Below the pieces are notes generated by a model. It was not told the origin of the DNA, made no database searches, and was given only the letters and a program-made list of their open reading frames with translations. Below, in pieces: positions 8,385 through 17,900 of a DNA stretch of 36,468 bases. Each line of letters begins with the position of its first letter. Positions within the stretch are counted from its first letter, which is position 1. Source of the DNA: a virus (taxonomy: Duplodnaviria > Caudoviricetes); IMG/VR virus record IMGVR_UViG_3300025875_000068, positions 1 through 36,468 of that record; one strand, given 5' to 3'. Both the position numbers and the translations under genes were made by a program.

Positions 8385-9786
8385 TCCCCGCGTCGCGCTG
8401 AGCCAGATCAATCTTCGGCCGTCCGCGTTCCTGCCGCAGACGCTCGATCAGTATGCGGCGAATCTCTCGACGTTCGCGACGACCGATCCGAAGAGCGGGC
8501 CTGATCTCGAAGACGCGGTTTTCGCGGGCGTCGAGTGCGCTTACGGATTCGACCGCTCGGAGCGAGCCGACCGCAAGCCCTTCGTCTATCAGGACGGCTT
8601 TGCCGTGATCCCGATTCACGGAGCGCTGCTCAACCGCTTCGCCTATTCCTGGGGCTTCGTCACCGGCTACCAGGCGATCCGGCGCCAGTTGAACGCCGCG
8701 CTCGAAGACGATGACGTGAAGACGATCATCTTTGACGTGGACAGCCCTGGCGGTGCCGTGGCTGGCAATATCGAGCTTGCCGACGAGATCAGGGCCAGCC
8801 GCGAGATCAAGCCGTCCCTGGCCGTGGTGGACGCCGTTTGCGCTTCGGCCGCCATGCCGCTCGCGAGCGCCGCCACGCAAGTCGTCGCGATCCCGAGCGC
8901 ACGCATCGGCAGCATCGGCGTTTATGTCATGCATATGGACGTGTCCGGCGCGATGGAGAAGGCCGGCGTCAAGGTGAGCTATATCGAAGCTCCCGAGGAC
9001 GGCATGAAGACTTCCGGCACGCCGTTCCGCGCTCTCTCGGATTCCGAGCGTGCGGAATTCCAGGCGAGCGTGAACAAGTCCTATGATCGCTTCGTGGCTT
9101 GCCTCACCGCAAACCGTGGCATCTCGGACAGCGCCGTGCGCGAAACGAAGGGCCGCGTCTTTGATGCGGATGAGGCTCTTGCGCTCGGATTGATTGATGC
9201 AGTAAGAACACCATCGGAAGCCGTCTCGTCGTTCCTGGCGGAATTGGCCGATGATGACACAACCGAAGAGGATGAGGACATGAACGCCAAGACCGGAACC
9301 GTTGGTTCGACCGCCGCCGCGCCTGCCGCCGCCGCGCCTGCCACGACGACCACGGAAGTTGCTTCCGCGCCTTCCGCCGATGCGATCCAGACTGCCATTG
9401 CCGCCGACCGTCAGCGCGTCGCGTCGATCAAGGCGTTGCCGGAGTCGGCCAAGCTGCCGAAGCTCGCCGATCAGCTTGCGCTCTCCGGCGCCAGCGTCGA
9501 GGACGCCAAGGCTTCGCTGACTGCCGCCATTGGCGATCTGCCCGAGCCGGCCGCCGCCGCCGCGCCCGCCGCTGGTGCGACCGCAACCGCGCCCGTGGAC
9601 GGCACCAACCATCTCGCCGCCGCGATGGGGCAGACCGAGCAGCCGAATGTCGGCGCCGGCACTGGCACCGGCCAGGCCGCCGCTCCTGGCACCGGCCAGG
9701 CCGCACTGACGGACGATCAGCAGGCCGCCGCGATCCTGGGAGATCATTCGGCCGTCACCGGTCGCCGCTACGAAGACGCCAAGTAA
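8377..9786 (+). CDS. Prohead protease, peptidase S49 family, with C-terminal scaffold region
   Basis: DVDSPGG, CASAA, IGSIGV, ALALGLID motifs; ATG 8377 with GAGGAAA upstream; Ala-rich C-terminal third. Confidence 0.92.
   Translation: MNDPRVALSQINLRPSAFLPQTLDQYAANLSTFATTDPKSGPDLEDAVFAGVECAYGFDRSERADRKPFVYQDGFAVIPIHGALLNRFAYSWGFVTGYQAIRRQLNAALEDDDVKTIIFDVDSPGGAVAGNIELADEIRASREIKPSLAVVDAVCASAAMPLASAATQVVAIPSARIGSIGVYVMHMDVSGAMEKAGVKVSYIEAPEDGMKTSGTPFRALSDSERAEFQASVNKSYDRFVACLTANRGISDSAVRETKGRVFDADEALALGLIDAVRTPSEAVSSFLAELADDDTTEEDEDMNAKTGTVGSTAAAPAAAAPATTTTEVASAPSADAIQTAIAADRQRVASIKALPESAKLPKLADQLALSGASVEDAKASLTAAIGDLPEPAAAAAPAAGATATAPVDGTNHLAAAMGQTEQPNVGAGTGTGQAAAPGTGQAALTDDQQAAAILGDHSAVTGRRYEDAK
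9280..9786 (+). CDS. Probable nested scaffolding protein (lambda Nu3-like internal start)
   Basis: In-frame ATG at 9280 preceded by GAGGATGAGGAC, at the boundary between protease domain and Ala-rich region. Confidence 0.55.
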   Translation: MNAKTGTVGSTAAAPAAAAPATTTTEVASAPSADAIQTAIAADRQRVASIKALPESAKLPKLADQLALSGASVEDAKASLTAAIGDLPEPAAAAAPAAGATATAPVDGTNHLAAAMGQTEQPNVGAGTGTGQAAAPGTGQAALTDDQQAAAILGDHSAVTGRRYEDAK

Positions 9787-9848
9787 GGCGTCGTCGCAAC
9801 CGCAACAGACCTTTGCCGGATGGTCCGGCCGAAGTGAGGGAGTGAAAC

Positions 9849-10208
9849 ATGGATCGAGCTTTGGCCGGATATGAGGCCGTCGCCACCTTCTCGCCGGATC
9901 AGCTTTACGCTGGCGAGGCGGATATCGTCACCACGCAGGGCAGCGTTCCGGCCGCGCAGGGCGCGTTCACGAAGTATGCAGTCGTGTCCCAGGACACGGA
10001 CGGCAATCTCGTCGCGTTCGACGGCACCGAGGCTTACGGCGTTCTGCCGCACGCGCTCCCCGATGCGGCTGTGCCGCAGGACACGCCGGTTATCATCGGC
10101 GGCGTGCTCAACTTCGACGTGCTGACGGGCCATGCCCTGAGCTACGGCGATCTGCGGACGGCGTTCGCCCGCAGCAACAGCAACATCGTGCCGCAGAAGC
10201 TCTACTAA
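9849..10208 (+). CDS. Head decoration protein, lambda gpD-like
   Basis: 119 aa, QLYAG, YAVV, AYGVL, GGVLN pattern; between protease and capsid genes. Confidence 0.8.
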   Translation: MDRALAGYEAVATFSPDQLYAGEADIVTTQGSVPAAQGAFTKYAVVSQDTDGNLVAFDGTEAYGVLPHALPDAAVPQDTPVIIGGVLNFDVLTGHALSYGDLRTAFARSNSNIVPQKLY

Positions 10209-10272
10209 GGGCCAAGCAGCAGGGCGGGACAACGGGGCAGTAGTGGCCCAAGATCAAAAGGAAAGTGGGAGC

Positions 10273-11319
10273 ATGTTCGATATCTTCTCGACGGCCACTC
10301 TGCTCGCGGTTGTGCGGCAGCAGCGTCCGGAGTCGGCCTACTGGCTCGATTCGTTCTTCGGCAACACCATCAACTTCACGACCGAAGAAATTCTCTTCGA
10401 CCGCGTGGTGAAGAACCGCCGCCTGGCGCCGTTCGTGTCGCCGGTCGTGCAGGGTCGCGTCATGCGGAAGCAGGGTTATCAGACCCTCAGCTTCCGGCCG
10501 GCCTACACCAAGCCGAAGCATGTCGTCGATCCGAATCGGCAATTCAACCGCCTGGCGGGCGAAGCGCTCGGTGGCGAGCTTACGCCGGCTCAGCGTTGGA
10601 ACGCGGCCGTGGCCGAGAACCTTCAGGAAGAGCGCGACGCCATCCAGCGCCTTTGGAATTGGATGGGCGCGATGGCGATCATCCACGGTGAAGTTACCGT
10701 GGCCGGCGAGGACTACCCGACTCAGGTGGTCAACTTCGGCCGTGATCCGGCCCTCACCAATATCCTCGCCGGCACCGCTCGGTGGGGCGAGGCAGACGCC
10801 GATCCGCTCGCGGACGTGCGTGACATGCGCCGCGCCGCGTTCGGCAAGGGCGGTGCGCCGATCACCCGCCTGACGTTCGGCCTGGACGCCTACGATCTGT
10901 TCTCGGCCGACGAAGGGGTGCAGAAGCTCCTTCAGGGCAAGGATATCGCTCGGCAGAGTAATTCCACCCTGTCGGCGATGGGCAGCGAGGATGCGCCCTA
11001 CGAGTATATGGGCCGACTTCAGGGCGCGAACGGTCAGGGCGGGGTGGATATCTTCACCTACAACGAGCAGTATGAGGACGCCAACGGCGATACTCAGTCC
11101 ATCATGTCGAGTTATGACGTGATCGGCACGGGCGGCTCGATCCAGGGAACGCGCTGCTACGGCGCGATCCGCGACAAGCGGGCCGGCTTGGCGGCGCTCT
11201 CTCTCTTCCCGAAAATGTGGGATCAGGAAGACCCGAGCGTGACCTACACCATGACGCAGAGCGCTCCGCTTATGGTGCCTGGCAACCCGAACAACAGCTT
11301 CCGGATGAAGGTTCGCTAA
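10273..11319 (+). CDS. Major capsid protein, lambda gpE family
   Basis: LAPFVSP, FRPAYTKPK, DPS...TQSAPLMVP motifs; ATG 10273 after GGGAG. Confidence 0.95.
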   Translation: MFDIFSTATLLAVVRQQRPESAYWLDSFFGNTINFTTEEILFDRVVKNRRLAPFVSPVVQGRVMRKQGYQTLSFRPAYTKPKHVVDPNRQFNRLAGEALGGELTPAQRWNAAVAENLQEERDAIQRLWNWMGAMAIIHGEVTVAGEDYPTQVVNFGRDPALTNILAGTARWGEADADPLADVRDMRRAAFGKGGAPITRLTFGLDAYDLFSADEGVQKLLQGKDIARQSNSTLSAMGSEDAPYEYMGRLQGANGQGGVDIFTYNEQYEDANGDTQSIMSSYDVIGTGGSIQGTRCYGAIRDKRAGLAALSLFPKMWDQEDPSVTYTMTQSAPLMVPGNPNNSFRMKVR

Positions 11320-11344
11320 GCGGCGAATTCCGAGATCGGAAAAC

Positions 11345-11385
11345 AGGACGGCCGGGGCTTCCAAAGCTCCGGCCGTTCTTGTATC
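11345..11385 (+). terminator. Probable intrinsic terminator after the capsid gene
   Basis: Stem AGGACGGCCGGGGCTT / AAGCTCCGGCCGTTCT with T-rich 3' end. Confidence 0.6.
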
Positions 11386-11396
11386 GAAGTAACTTC
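11386..11396. repeat. Dispersed palindrome GAAGTNACTTC, copy 6 (intergenic)
   Basis: GAAGTAACTTC immediately after the capsid terminator. Confidence 0.9.
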
Positions 11397-11419
11397 CGCC
11401 AACGTAGGGGAAAGAGGAC

Positions 11420-11824
11420 ATGACCAAGCCAAGCCTAACTCTCACCGTCAAGAAGGGCGTCACCGTCATTCGCGACGGCAAGCGCGTTCGTCCGGAGATC
11501 GGCAAGACCTTCGACTTCACCGCCGACGAGCGCGACTCGATCCTGGGCGCCGATGCGTCCGCGCTCGTCAAGCCGCAGGGCGAAGAGGCTGGCACCGCCA
11601 CGGCCGCTTCCGTCACGGGCGGGACCACGCCGACCGGCACCCCGCCGAGCGCCGAGCAGTCGCAGAGCAAGGCCAGCGGTGGCCGCAAGAAGTCCACGGC
11701 TGGCAAGTCCGACGCCGAGAACGCCAGCGATGGCGACGACAACGGGCCGGACAATTCCGAACCGCTCAAGGACGGTGAGGGCGACGCCGCCCACGCCGAC
11801 GAGACTGCGGACGACGATCTCTAA
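11420..11824 (+). CDS. Hypothetical protein following capsid gene (small N-terminal domain, low-complexity acidic tail)
   Basis: RBS GAGGA, good codon usage; equivalent position is occupied in Chi-like phages. Confidence 0.75.
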   Translation: MTKPSLTLTVKKGVTVIRDGKRVRPEIGKTFDFTADERDSILGADASALVKPQGEEAGTATAASVTGGTTPTGTPPSAEQSQSKASGGRKKSTAGKSDAENASDGDDNGPDNSEPLKDGEGDAAHADETADDDL

Positions 11825-11827
11825 GCC

Positions 11828-12205
11828 ATGAGCATGAGCCAGTATAAGGCGCAGGCCCGCGAGGCTCTGCACGGAGCGTTGGCCGAGCCGGCGTCTTATA
11901 CTGCGCCCGTGAAGTCGGGCGGGCAGACCTATCCGACTCCAGAACAGATCGCGTCCGGCTTGAGCCTGACGGTTCGCTGGCACAATCGCATGAAGATCAG
12001 CGGCGAGCGCACGTCCGATGACGTGGGCGTGATCGAAGGCATCAACCGCCTGGTCCTCAACGAATACGAGATCACCGCGCTCGGCCTCACCCTTGAGCGC
12101 AACGGCGTCATCTCGGTTCCCGGTTACGGCAAATCGTTTCGACTCGATTATCACGAAGAGCCGGACGGCCCGCAGAACGTTTATTGGAGCGTCGTCGAGC
12201 AATGA
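11828..12205 (+). CDS. Head-tail joining/closure protein (lambda FII-like)
   Basis: 125 aa, AREALH...A-x-Y...VRWH pattern; position. Confidence 0.65.
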   Translation: MSMSQYKAQAREALHGALAEPASYTAPVKSGGQTYPTPEQIASGLSLTVRWHNRMKISGERTSDDVGVIEGINRLVLNEYEITALGLTLERNGVISVPGYGKSFRLDYHEEPDGPQNVYWSVVEQ

Positions 12206-12804
12206 GGATCGAAGCCGGCGCGATCAAGGGCCTGGCCGACTTCCTTGAATCCGCAGAGGGCGCTACTCGCCCCGCCGCCGCGCACGCCATGAATGACGTG
12301 ACGGGCGGAAGCGGCCTCAAGACGTATCGCACGGAGATGCGGAAGGAGATTGCTTTTCCGGCTGGCTATCTCGAAGACGTGGATCGCTTCGGGCAGAGCG
12401 GCTTTGCCACGGCGCAGCGGCTTGAGACCAAGATCAGCGCCCGAGCACGGCCAACGAGCTTGGCCCGCTTTAGCGACGGCGGCGTGGGCGAAGGCGTGAC
12501 CGTTCGCGTGAAGGCCGGCCGCACGACTCGGCTCAAGCGTGCTTTCACCGTCCGGTTGCGGGCCGGAGCCGCGATCACCGCCGATGGCTTCAATCTCGGC
12601 CTGGCGGTGCGCGTGAAGCCTGGCACGGTGATCCGCAACAAGAAAGACGGTGCCAGCGCGGCCAGGCTCGCGCCCAACGTCTTCTTGCTCTACGGGCCTT
12701 CGGTGGATCAAGTCTTCCGGACTGTCGCGACGACCGCGACGCCGAAAGTGCTCGATCTCATGGGCGCCGAATTCCTACGTCAGTTTGCGAGGCTGAGCAC
12801 TTAG
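12202..12804 (+). CDS. Neck/tail completion protein (lambda Z-like)
   Basis: Basic protein with RPTSLARF and LLYGPSVDQVF; ATGA overlap with upstream gene. Confidence 0.7.
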   Translation: MRIEAGAIKGLADFLESAEGATRPAAAHAMNDVTGGSGLKTYRTEMRKEIAFPAGYLEDVDRFGQSGFATAQRLETKISARARPTSLARFSDGGVGEGVTVRVKAGRTTRLKRAFTVRLRAGAAITADGFNLGLAVRVKPGTVIRNKKDGASAARLAPNVFLLYGPSVDQVFRTVATTATPKVLDLMGAEFLRQFARLST

Positions 12805-12805
12805 C

Positions 12806-13354
12806 ATGTCCGATCCGAAGCAACTTCGCGTGCTCAAGAAGCTGTGCGACCATCTGGAATTCATCAACCCTGAGAACGTCGATCCGTTGACGGGTCGGCC
12901 ATACGAATTCGATCTGCGGGATAAGGTCTATCGGGGCCGCTCGATCCTTACGATTGACGACGCCGAAGACGCGATCTCGTTGTTGGAATTCCCGCGCCAA
13001 GATATCTACGAGCCGGTGGGCGAGCACGGGATCGTCCGTGTCGAGCGCATGTCCGTTATGGTGCAGGGTTGGCCCGTGGACGATCCCGAGCACCCGAGCG
13101 ATCCCGCCTATCGGCTCAAGGCCGTGGTGGGCGCTCGCTTGGCGCGAATCGTCGCGCAGAAGGACGCCGGCCGTGGGGCGGAATTTCCTGACGAATTCAT
13201 GCTAGGCAAATCGCCGGATGGAACGGGCTATGAATTGGCCTCTTTCTTGATCGCGCCTGGTGTTGTAAGACCGCCCGAAGACGCCGCATCCAGGCTTGCC
13301 ATGTTCTACATGCCGCTGGTGCTTGGCGTCCGAGTGGACGTGGCAAGGCCATAA
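12806..13354 (+). CDS. Tail terminator protein (lambda U-like)
   Basis: VYRGR, DPAYRL, PGVVRPP segments; directly upstream of tail tube gene. Confidence 0.65.
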   Translation: MSDPKQLRVLKKLCDHLEFINPENVDPLTGRPYEFDLRDKVYRGRSILTIDDAEDAISLLEFPRQDIYEPVGEHGIVRVERMSVMVQGWPVDDPEHPSDPAYRLKAVVGARLARIVAQKDAGRGAEFPDEFMLGKSPDGTGYELASFLIAPGVVRPPEDAASRLAMFYMPLVLGVRVDVARP

Positions 13355-13375
13355 TTGAGCGAGGGAGTTATTACG

Positions 13376-14164
13376 ATGCGGAATCCCAATTACGTTATCG
13401 GGCGCGGCAAGCTGTTCTTCACGCCGTTCCTGCCTGGCACGCGCACGCTCGTCGGCGGCTCGCGCTACTTCGGCAACTCGCCCGCGCTCTCGCTGAGCCA
13501 GGATGAGGAAAAGGTCGATCACTACAACAGTGACGCCGGCCTGAAGGTGAAGGACGCCAGCGCGACCCTTCAGAACGATCAGACCGGCAGCTTCTCGCTC
13601 GACGATATCAGCGGCCCGAACCTGGCGATGTTCTTCCGTGGCGCTATCGAGAACGGCGCCGTGGCGGCCGTCAACGCCGATACCACGACCGTCGCAGTCA
13701 TCCTTGGCACGCACGTCCAACTCGGCTTGACCGATGGCAATCCTATCGGTGCGCGGCTGGTGAAGGGCGTGACCGCGAAGAAGGGCGACGAAGCCGTGGC
13801 GGCGGCTGGCAACTTCGAGGTCGATTCCGTCACCGGCCGCGTCTATATCCTGCCGAACGCGAGCGATATCGAAGAAGGCGACGAGATCGAATTCACCTAC
13901 AGCACCGACGCCTATGATGAGGAAGTCGTGATCGCTGGCGGGACGCTGATCGAAGGCCGCTTGGACTTCCTTTCGGACAACGCCGTGGGCGAGAACCGCG
14001 ACTATATCTGGCCGTATGTGCAGATTCGTCCGGACGGCGATTTCTCGCTTAAGGGCGACGATTGGCAGACGATGGAATTCAATCTCGAAGTCCTGAAGCT
14101 GAACGACTCGACCGAGCGCCAGTATATCGTCAAGCGGCCGGCCGCCGCTCCGGTGGCGCCGTAA
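13376..14164 (+). CDS. Major tail (tube) protein
   Basis: NYVIGRGKLFF, RYFGNSP, LKGDDWQ motifs; RBS GAGGGAG; followed by terminator and chaperone genes. Confidence 0.88.
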   Translation: MRNPNYVIGRGKLFFTPFLPGTRTLVGGSRYFGNSPALSLSQDEEKVDHYNSDAGLKVKDASATLQNDQTGSFSLDDISGPNLAMFFRGAIENGAVAAVNADTTTVAVILGTHVQLGLTDGNPIGARLVKGVTAKKGDEAVAAAGNFEVDSVTGRVYILPNASDIEEGDEIEFTYSTDAYDEEVVIAGGTLIEGRLDFLSDNAVGENRDYIWPYVQIRPDGDFSLKGDDWQTMEFNLEVLKLNDSTERQYIVKRPAAAPVAP

Positions 14165-14202
14165 GCCACGGATTGATCTCTCCGGAGATCACCGGCATAC
14201 AG

Positions 14203-14237
14203 AGGGCGTCGGGCTTCGGCTCGGCGCCCTTTTCATT
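14203..14237 (+). terminator. Intrinsic terminator after the major tail gene
   Basis: AGGGCGTCGGGC-TTCG-GCTCGGCGCCCT stem with cUUCGg loop followed by TTTCATT. Confidence 0.8.
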
Positions 14238-14257
14238 GTAGCGGGTGGGACCGAACC

Positions 14258-14740
14258 ATGCTGTTGAAAGACTACGCGATCCCGAAGGAGCGGATTCCGC
14301 TGCCGGGGCCGAAGGTGCAGGGCGAGCAGCCCTACTTCGAGATTCGCGGACTGAATATCGACGATCTGACTTTCCTTGTGCAGCTTCATCTCGACCCCGT
14401 GACGCGGGCGGTGAAGCTCTATCAGGAGAGCCGCAAGGATATCATGGCGACGGGCAACCTGTCGCAATTCGTCCTGTCGATCATGCGCGACTTCCCCGGC
14501 CTGACGGCGGAAGTTATTTCCGCAGCCGCCGACTCGCTCGACGACGCCACGCGAGAAGTCGCCCAGCGGCTCCCCGTCAGCACGCAAACCCTGGCGCTCA
14601 CGAAGATCGTCAGCCTCACGCTTGAGGACGCTGGCGGCCTGGGAAACCTTTTGGCCGAGATGCGGGAGCGGATGGCAGAAGCCGTCCAGGCAGCCAGCGT
14701 CGAGGGCGTCAGCGCGAACGCACGGCCGAAGACGAAGTAG
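14258..14740 (+). CDS. Tail assembly chaperone (lambda G-like)
   Basis: IRGLNIDDL motif; position between tail tube and tape measure genes. Confidence 0.85.
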   Translation: MLLKDYAIPKERIPLPGPKVQGEQPYFEIRGLNIDDLTFLVQLHLDPVTRAVKLYQESRKDIMATGNLSQFVLSIMRDFPGLTAEVISAAADSLDDATREVAQRLPVSTQTLALTKIVSLTLEDAGGLGNLLAEMRERMAEAVQAASVEGVSANARPKTK

Positions 14741-14991
14741 CGCACTTCTATTGGGGCTGCCGCGAGGACGTGGGCGCCCTTCTAGCAGCAGGCCACAGCA
14801 ATGCGGCCCGATATCCCTTGGCGATGGTGTGGAGTGAGGCTCGCGCTGCTCGACGCCGCATGGTTAATCGGTTAGAGAGCGAAGCCGGAGTGATGCAGTT
14901 GGCTGTCGCGGGCGGTATGGGTGCGAAGAAGGCACCTACATTGCTCAAGGATATGTTCAAGAAGCTGAGGGCGAGCGATGGCGGGGCTTAG
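14641..14991 (+). CDS. Tail assembly chaperone extension (lambda T-like), reached by -1 frameshift at G GGA AAC (14641-14647)
   Basis: The -1 frame is open from 14626 to 14991; the slippery heptamer is correctly phased; product contains LLAAGH...ARYPL. Confidence 0.8.
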   Translation, partial: GKPFGRDAGADGRSRPGSQRRGRQRERTAEDEVAHFYWGCREDVGALLAAGHSNAARYPLAMVWSEARAARRRMVNRLESEAGVMQLAVAGGMGAKKAPTLLKDMFKKLRASDGGA

Positions 14992-17900
14992 GAAAGACGT
15001 TGAGCTAATCTTCCGGGGTGAGGACCGCGCCTCACCGACGATCAAGAAGGTCCGGCAGAACGTCAACGATCTAGGCGACGCGATCCAGCAGCAAGTCGCG
15101 GCGGCCGAGCGCGGCGAAGGCAGTATCGAAGAGCTTGCCAAGGCGCACCGGCAACTCGGCGAGTCGATGGTGGACGTGCGCGAGATCGCGAAGATCGCGA
15201 GCGCCTACGACAGTCTGACGCGGAAGCTCGACGAGCAGGCCGCGAAGACGGAAGAGGCCCGCCAGAAAGAGGCCAAGCTGACGGCTGAGATCGCAGCGGC
15301 CGAGAAGCCGACCAAGCGGTTGCAGAACGCCCGCGACGCCGCCGCCCGCTCGCTTCAGGCCAACGCCGCCAAGGAAGAGGCGATGCGGCGGGAAGTCGCG
15401 GAGCTTGGGGCTGCGCTCGACGCGGCAGGCGGTGACTCGAAGAGCTTCGCTGCTACGCAGGACGCCGTTCGCCAGGCTGCGGTTGAAACGGCTCGCGCTC
15501 TGCGAGATGCGACCGCAGCAATGGACGAATTCAAGGCCAAGCAGAACCAGGCTGCGGCCAACAAGGCGGCGGCGGCCGACGCGGACAAATTCAATGCGAT
15601 GGCGGCTGGCTCAGGCCTGCCGAAAGAGCAGATCGCCTTCATCTCGCAACTCGAAAACCGGATGCAGGCGCTCACCGCTGCGATCCGCGAGCAGAAGGCC
15701 GCGCAGGACGCGCTCAACGCCGCTCAGGCAGATCGGGCCGCCGCCCTGGCCGCGACCGACGCCGCGCTCCTGAAGCAGCGGTTGGATGAAGCCGCGCAGG
15801 CGGCGCTTCGGCTCGAAGCCGCTGCTAAGTTTCGCAACATCGCCGCCGAGATCGAAGCCGGCGCTCGGGATATCCAGCGCTTCGGCACCGCGACCGATAG
15901 CACGGCCGTCAGTGTGCAGCGCTTGGGCGATGCGGTGCAAGCGATCCTTAACCCGACACAGGCTGCGGCGTCGAACCTCCAAAGCGTCAATTCCATTCTC
16001 GATCAGGCCGAATCGAGTCTCGAAGGCAACAAGCGCCGGCTGTCGGAATATAACGCGGAGTTGAACAACCTTCAGGCGGCGTCGGCCGGCCTGACCGGGA
16101 TCGCCGGCTCGATCGACAACTTCCGGCGCCAGGAAGCCGCCGTGAACGCGGCTCGATCCGAGATGGAGATCGCACGCGGCGAAGTGCTGAAGCTGTCCGG
16201 TGCGATCCAGACGGCCGATGCACCGACGAAGGAGATGGTCGCCGATCTGCAAAGGGCCGAGGCCGGTTTCGAGCGTGCCGGCGCCGCGATGCAGAAGGAA
16301 GTGAACAAGCTCGCCGAGCTAGAGCGCGGGCTTGAGTCGGCCGGCGTGGACGTTCGCAATCTCGACAAGGCGCAAGAGACCCTGATCGCGTCGTCGAACC
16401 GCTTGGCTGCGGCGCAGGCGAAGATCACGAACGCGACGAAGGGCAAGGGCAGCTTCCTTGGTCTGAATCCCAACGAGATGACCAATCTCGGCTATCAGAT
16501 CAACGATATCGTGGTGAGCCTGGCGTCCGGCCAGAATCCGCTCATGGTGTTCGCGCAGCAGGGCGCTCAGATCGGCCAGATTATCCCCGGTGCCTTTAGC
16601 GCAATCGCGTCGAAGATTCCGCAGCTAGCCGCGCTCGCGGCCGTGGTGCTCACGGTTGCCGGCGCTATGAAGAAGGCCGACGACGAAGCTCGTCGGCTGG
16701 CTCAGGGCGTCAGCATCGTCGGACAAGTGGGCGACGGCGGAACCGGCGTCAGTGCTCAAGGCTTCGCCGATCTCGCGGCGCAGATGGAGAACGCTGGCGT
16801 CAAGGCCGAAGACGTGCGCGAGAAGCTGGTGCAGCTTTCCGCCGATGGCCTGAATACCGCTCAGATGGAGCAGTATATCGAAACGGCCAAGACTGCGGCC
16901 GAAGCTACCGGCGTGGACTTCGCCGACGCGCTTGAGACGGTGCGCGGCTCTTTCCAGGGCGGCATGGAAGATATCATTGCGCTCGACGACGCGCAGAATA
17001 TCTACAACGACACGCAGCTTGATACGATCCAGAGCCTCTTCGATCAGGGCAAGGCTGACGAAGCCCGCACGATGGCGCTGACGATCTATCAGCAGAAGAT
17101 GAATGACGTGGCCGCTCAGCAGCAGGGCGGGTGGAAGACGGCCACGGATCAGCTTTCGCAGGCATGGTCAAACTTCCTGGGATGGCTGAGCAACACCGCG
17201 CCGATCACCTACGTCCGGCAGAAGCTCGCGGAGCTTGCGACCGGCGCCGCGTTCGTCGCCACGCTGCTGAATCAGATCGCGTCGGGCAAGGGGATCGACA
17301 TTGACGCGGCCGGCAAGACCGCAATGGGCATCACCATGCCGAAGGCGGCCAAGGGTGCTGCGGCTGATCCCGGTCGCACGACCAATGCCGGCAGGCGGAT
17401 GCTCGCGGAAGATCGCGAGGCGCTGGCAATCGCCAAGGCCCGCACGCCGGCTGAGAAGGCAGCAGCGCAAGCCATCGCCAATCGCCGCAAGTATGCTCAG
17501 GAAGCCGCCAACGCGGGCCTGAGCAGCGCCGAAGCGCAACGGCATGTCGAAGCCCGCCTGGCCGCAGATCGCGCCACGTTCGACGGGCAGCAGGCTAAGC
17601 GGGACGCCAGGGCGGGCAAGAGCGCAGCGTCGAAGCAGGCTGCGGCCGAGCGCCGCCGTGCCGCTGCCGCTCGGGCCGCCGCGAATCGTGCCAAGGCTGA
17701 GCAGAACCGAATCGAGAATCAGGAAGAAGGGCTTCAGCGCCAAATCGAGTCGCTCGACGCCAGCGTTGCGCGGAAGAGCACGCAGGGTCTCGACGAGCGT
17801 TTGACCGCTATCGACTCCAAGTTTGCGAAGTTATTTCGGGGGATCGACGAATACGCTGCGGCGACGGGCGGCAAAGGCAAGATCGGTGGCCGGACCATTG

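Noticed and set aside
9664-9704. Short direct repeat GGCACCGGCCAGGCCGC in the scaffold region
   Set aside because: Simple duplication in a low-complexity Gly/Ala linker with no further structure.
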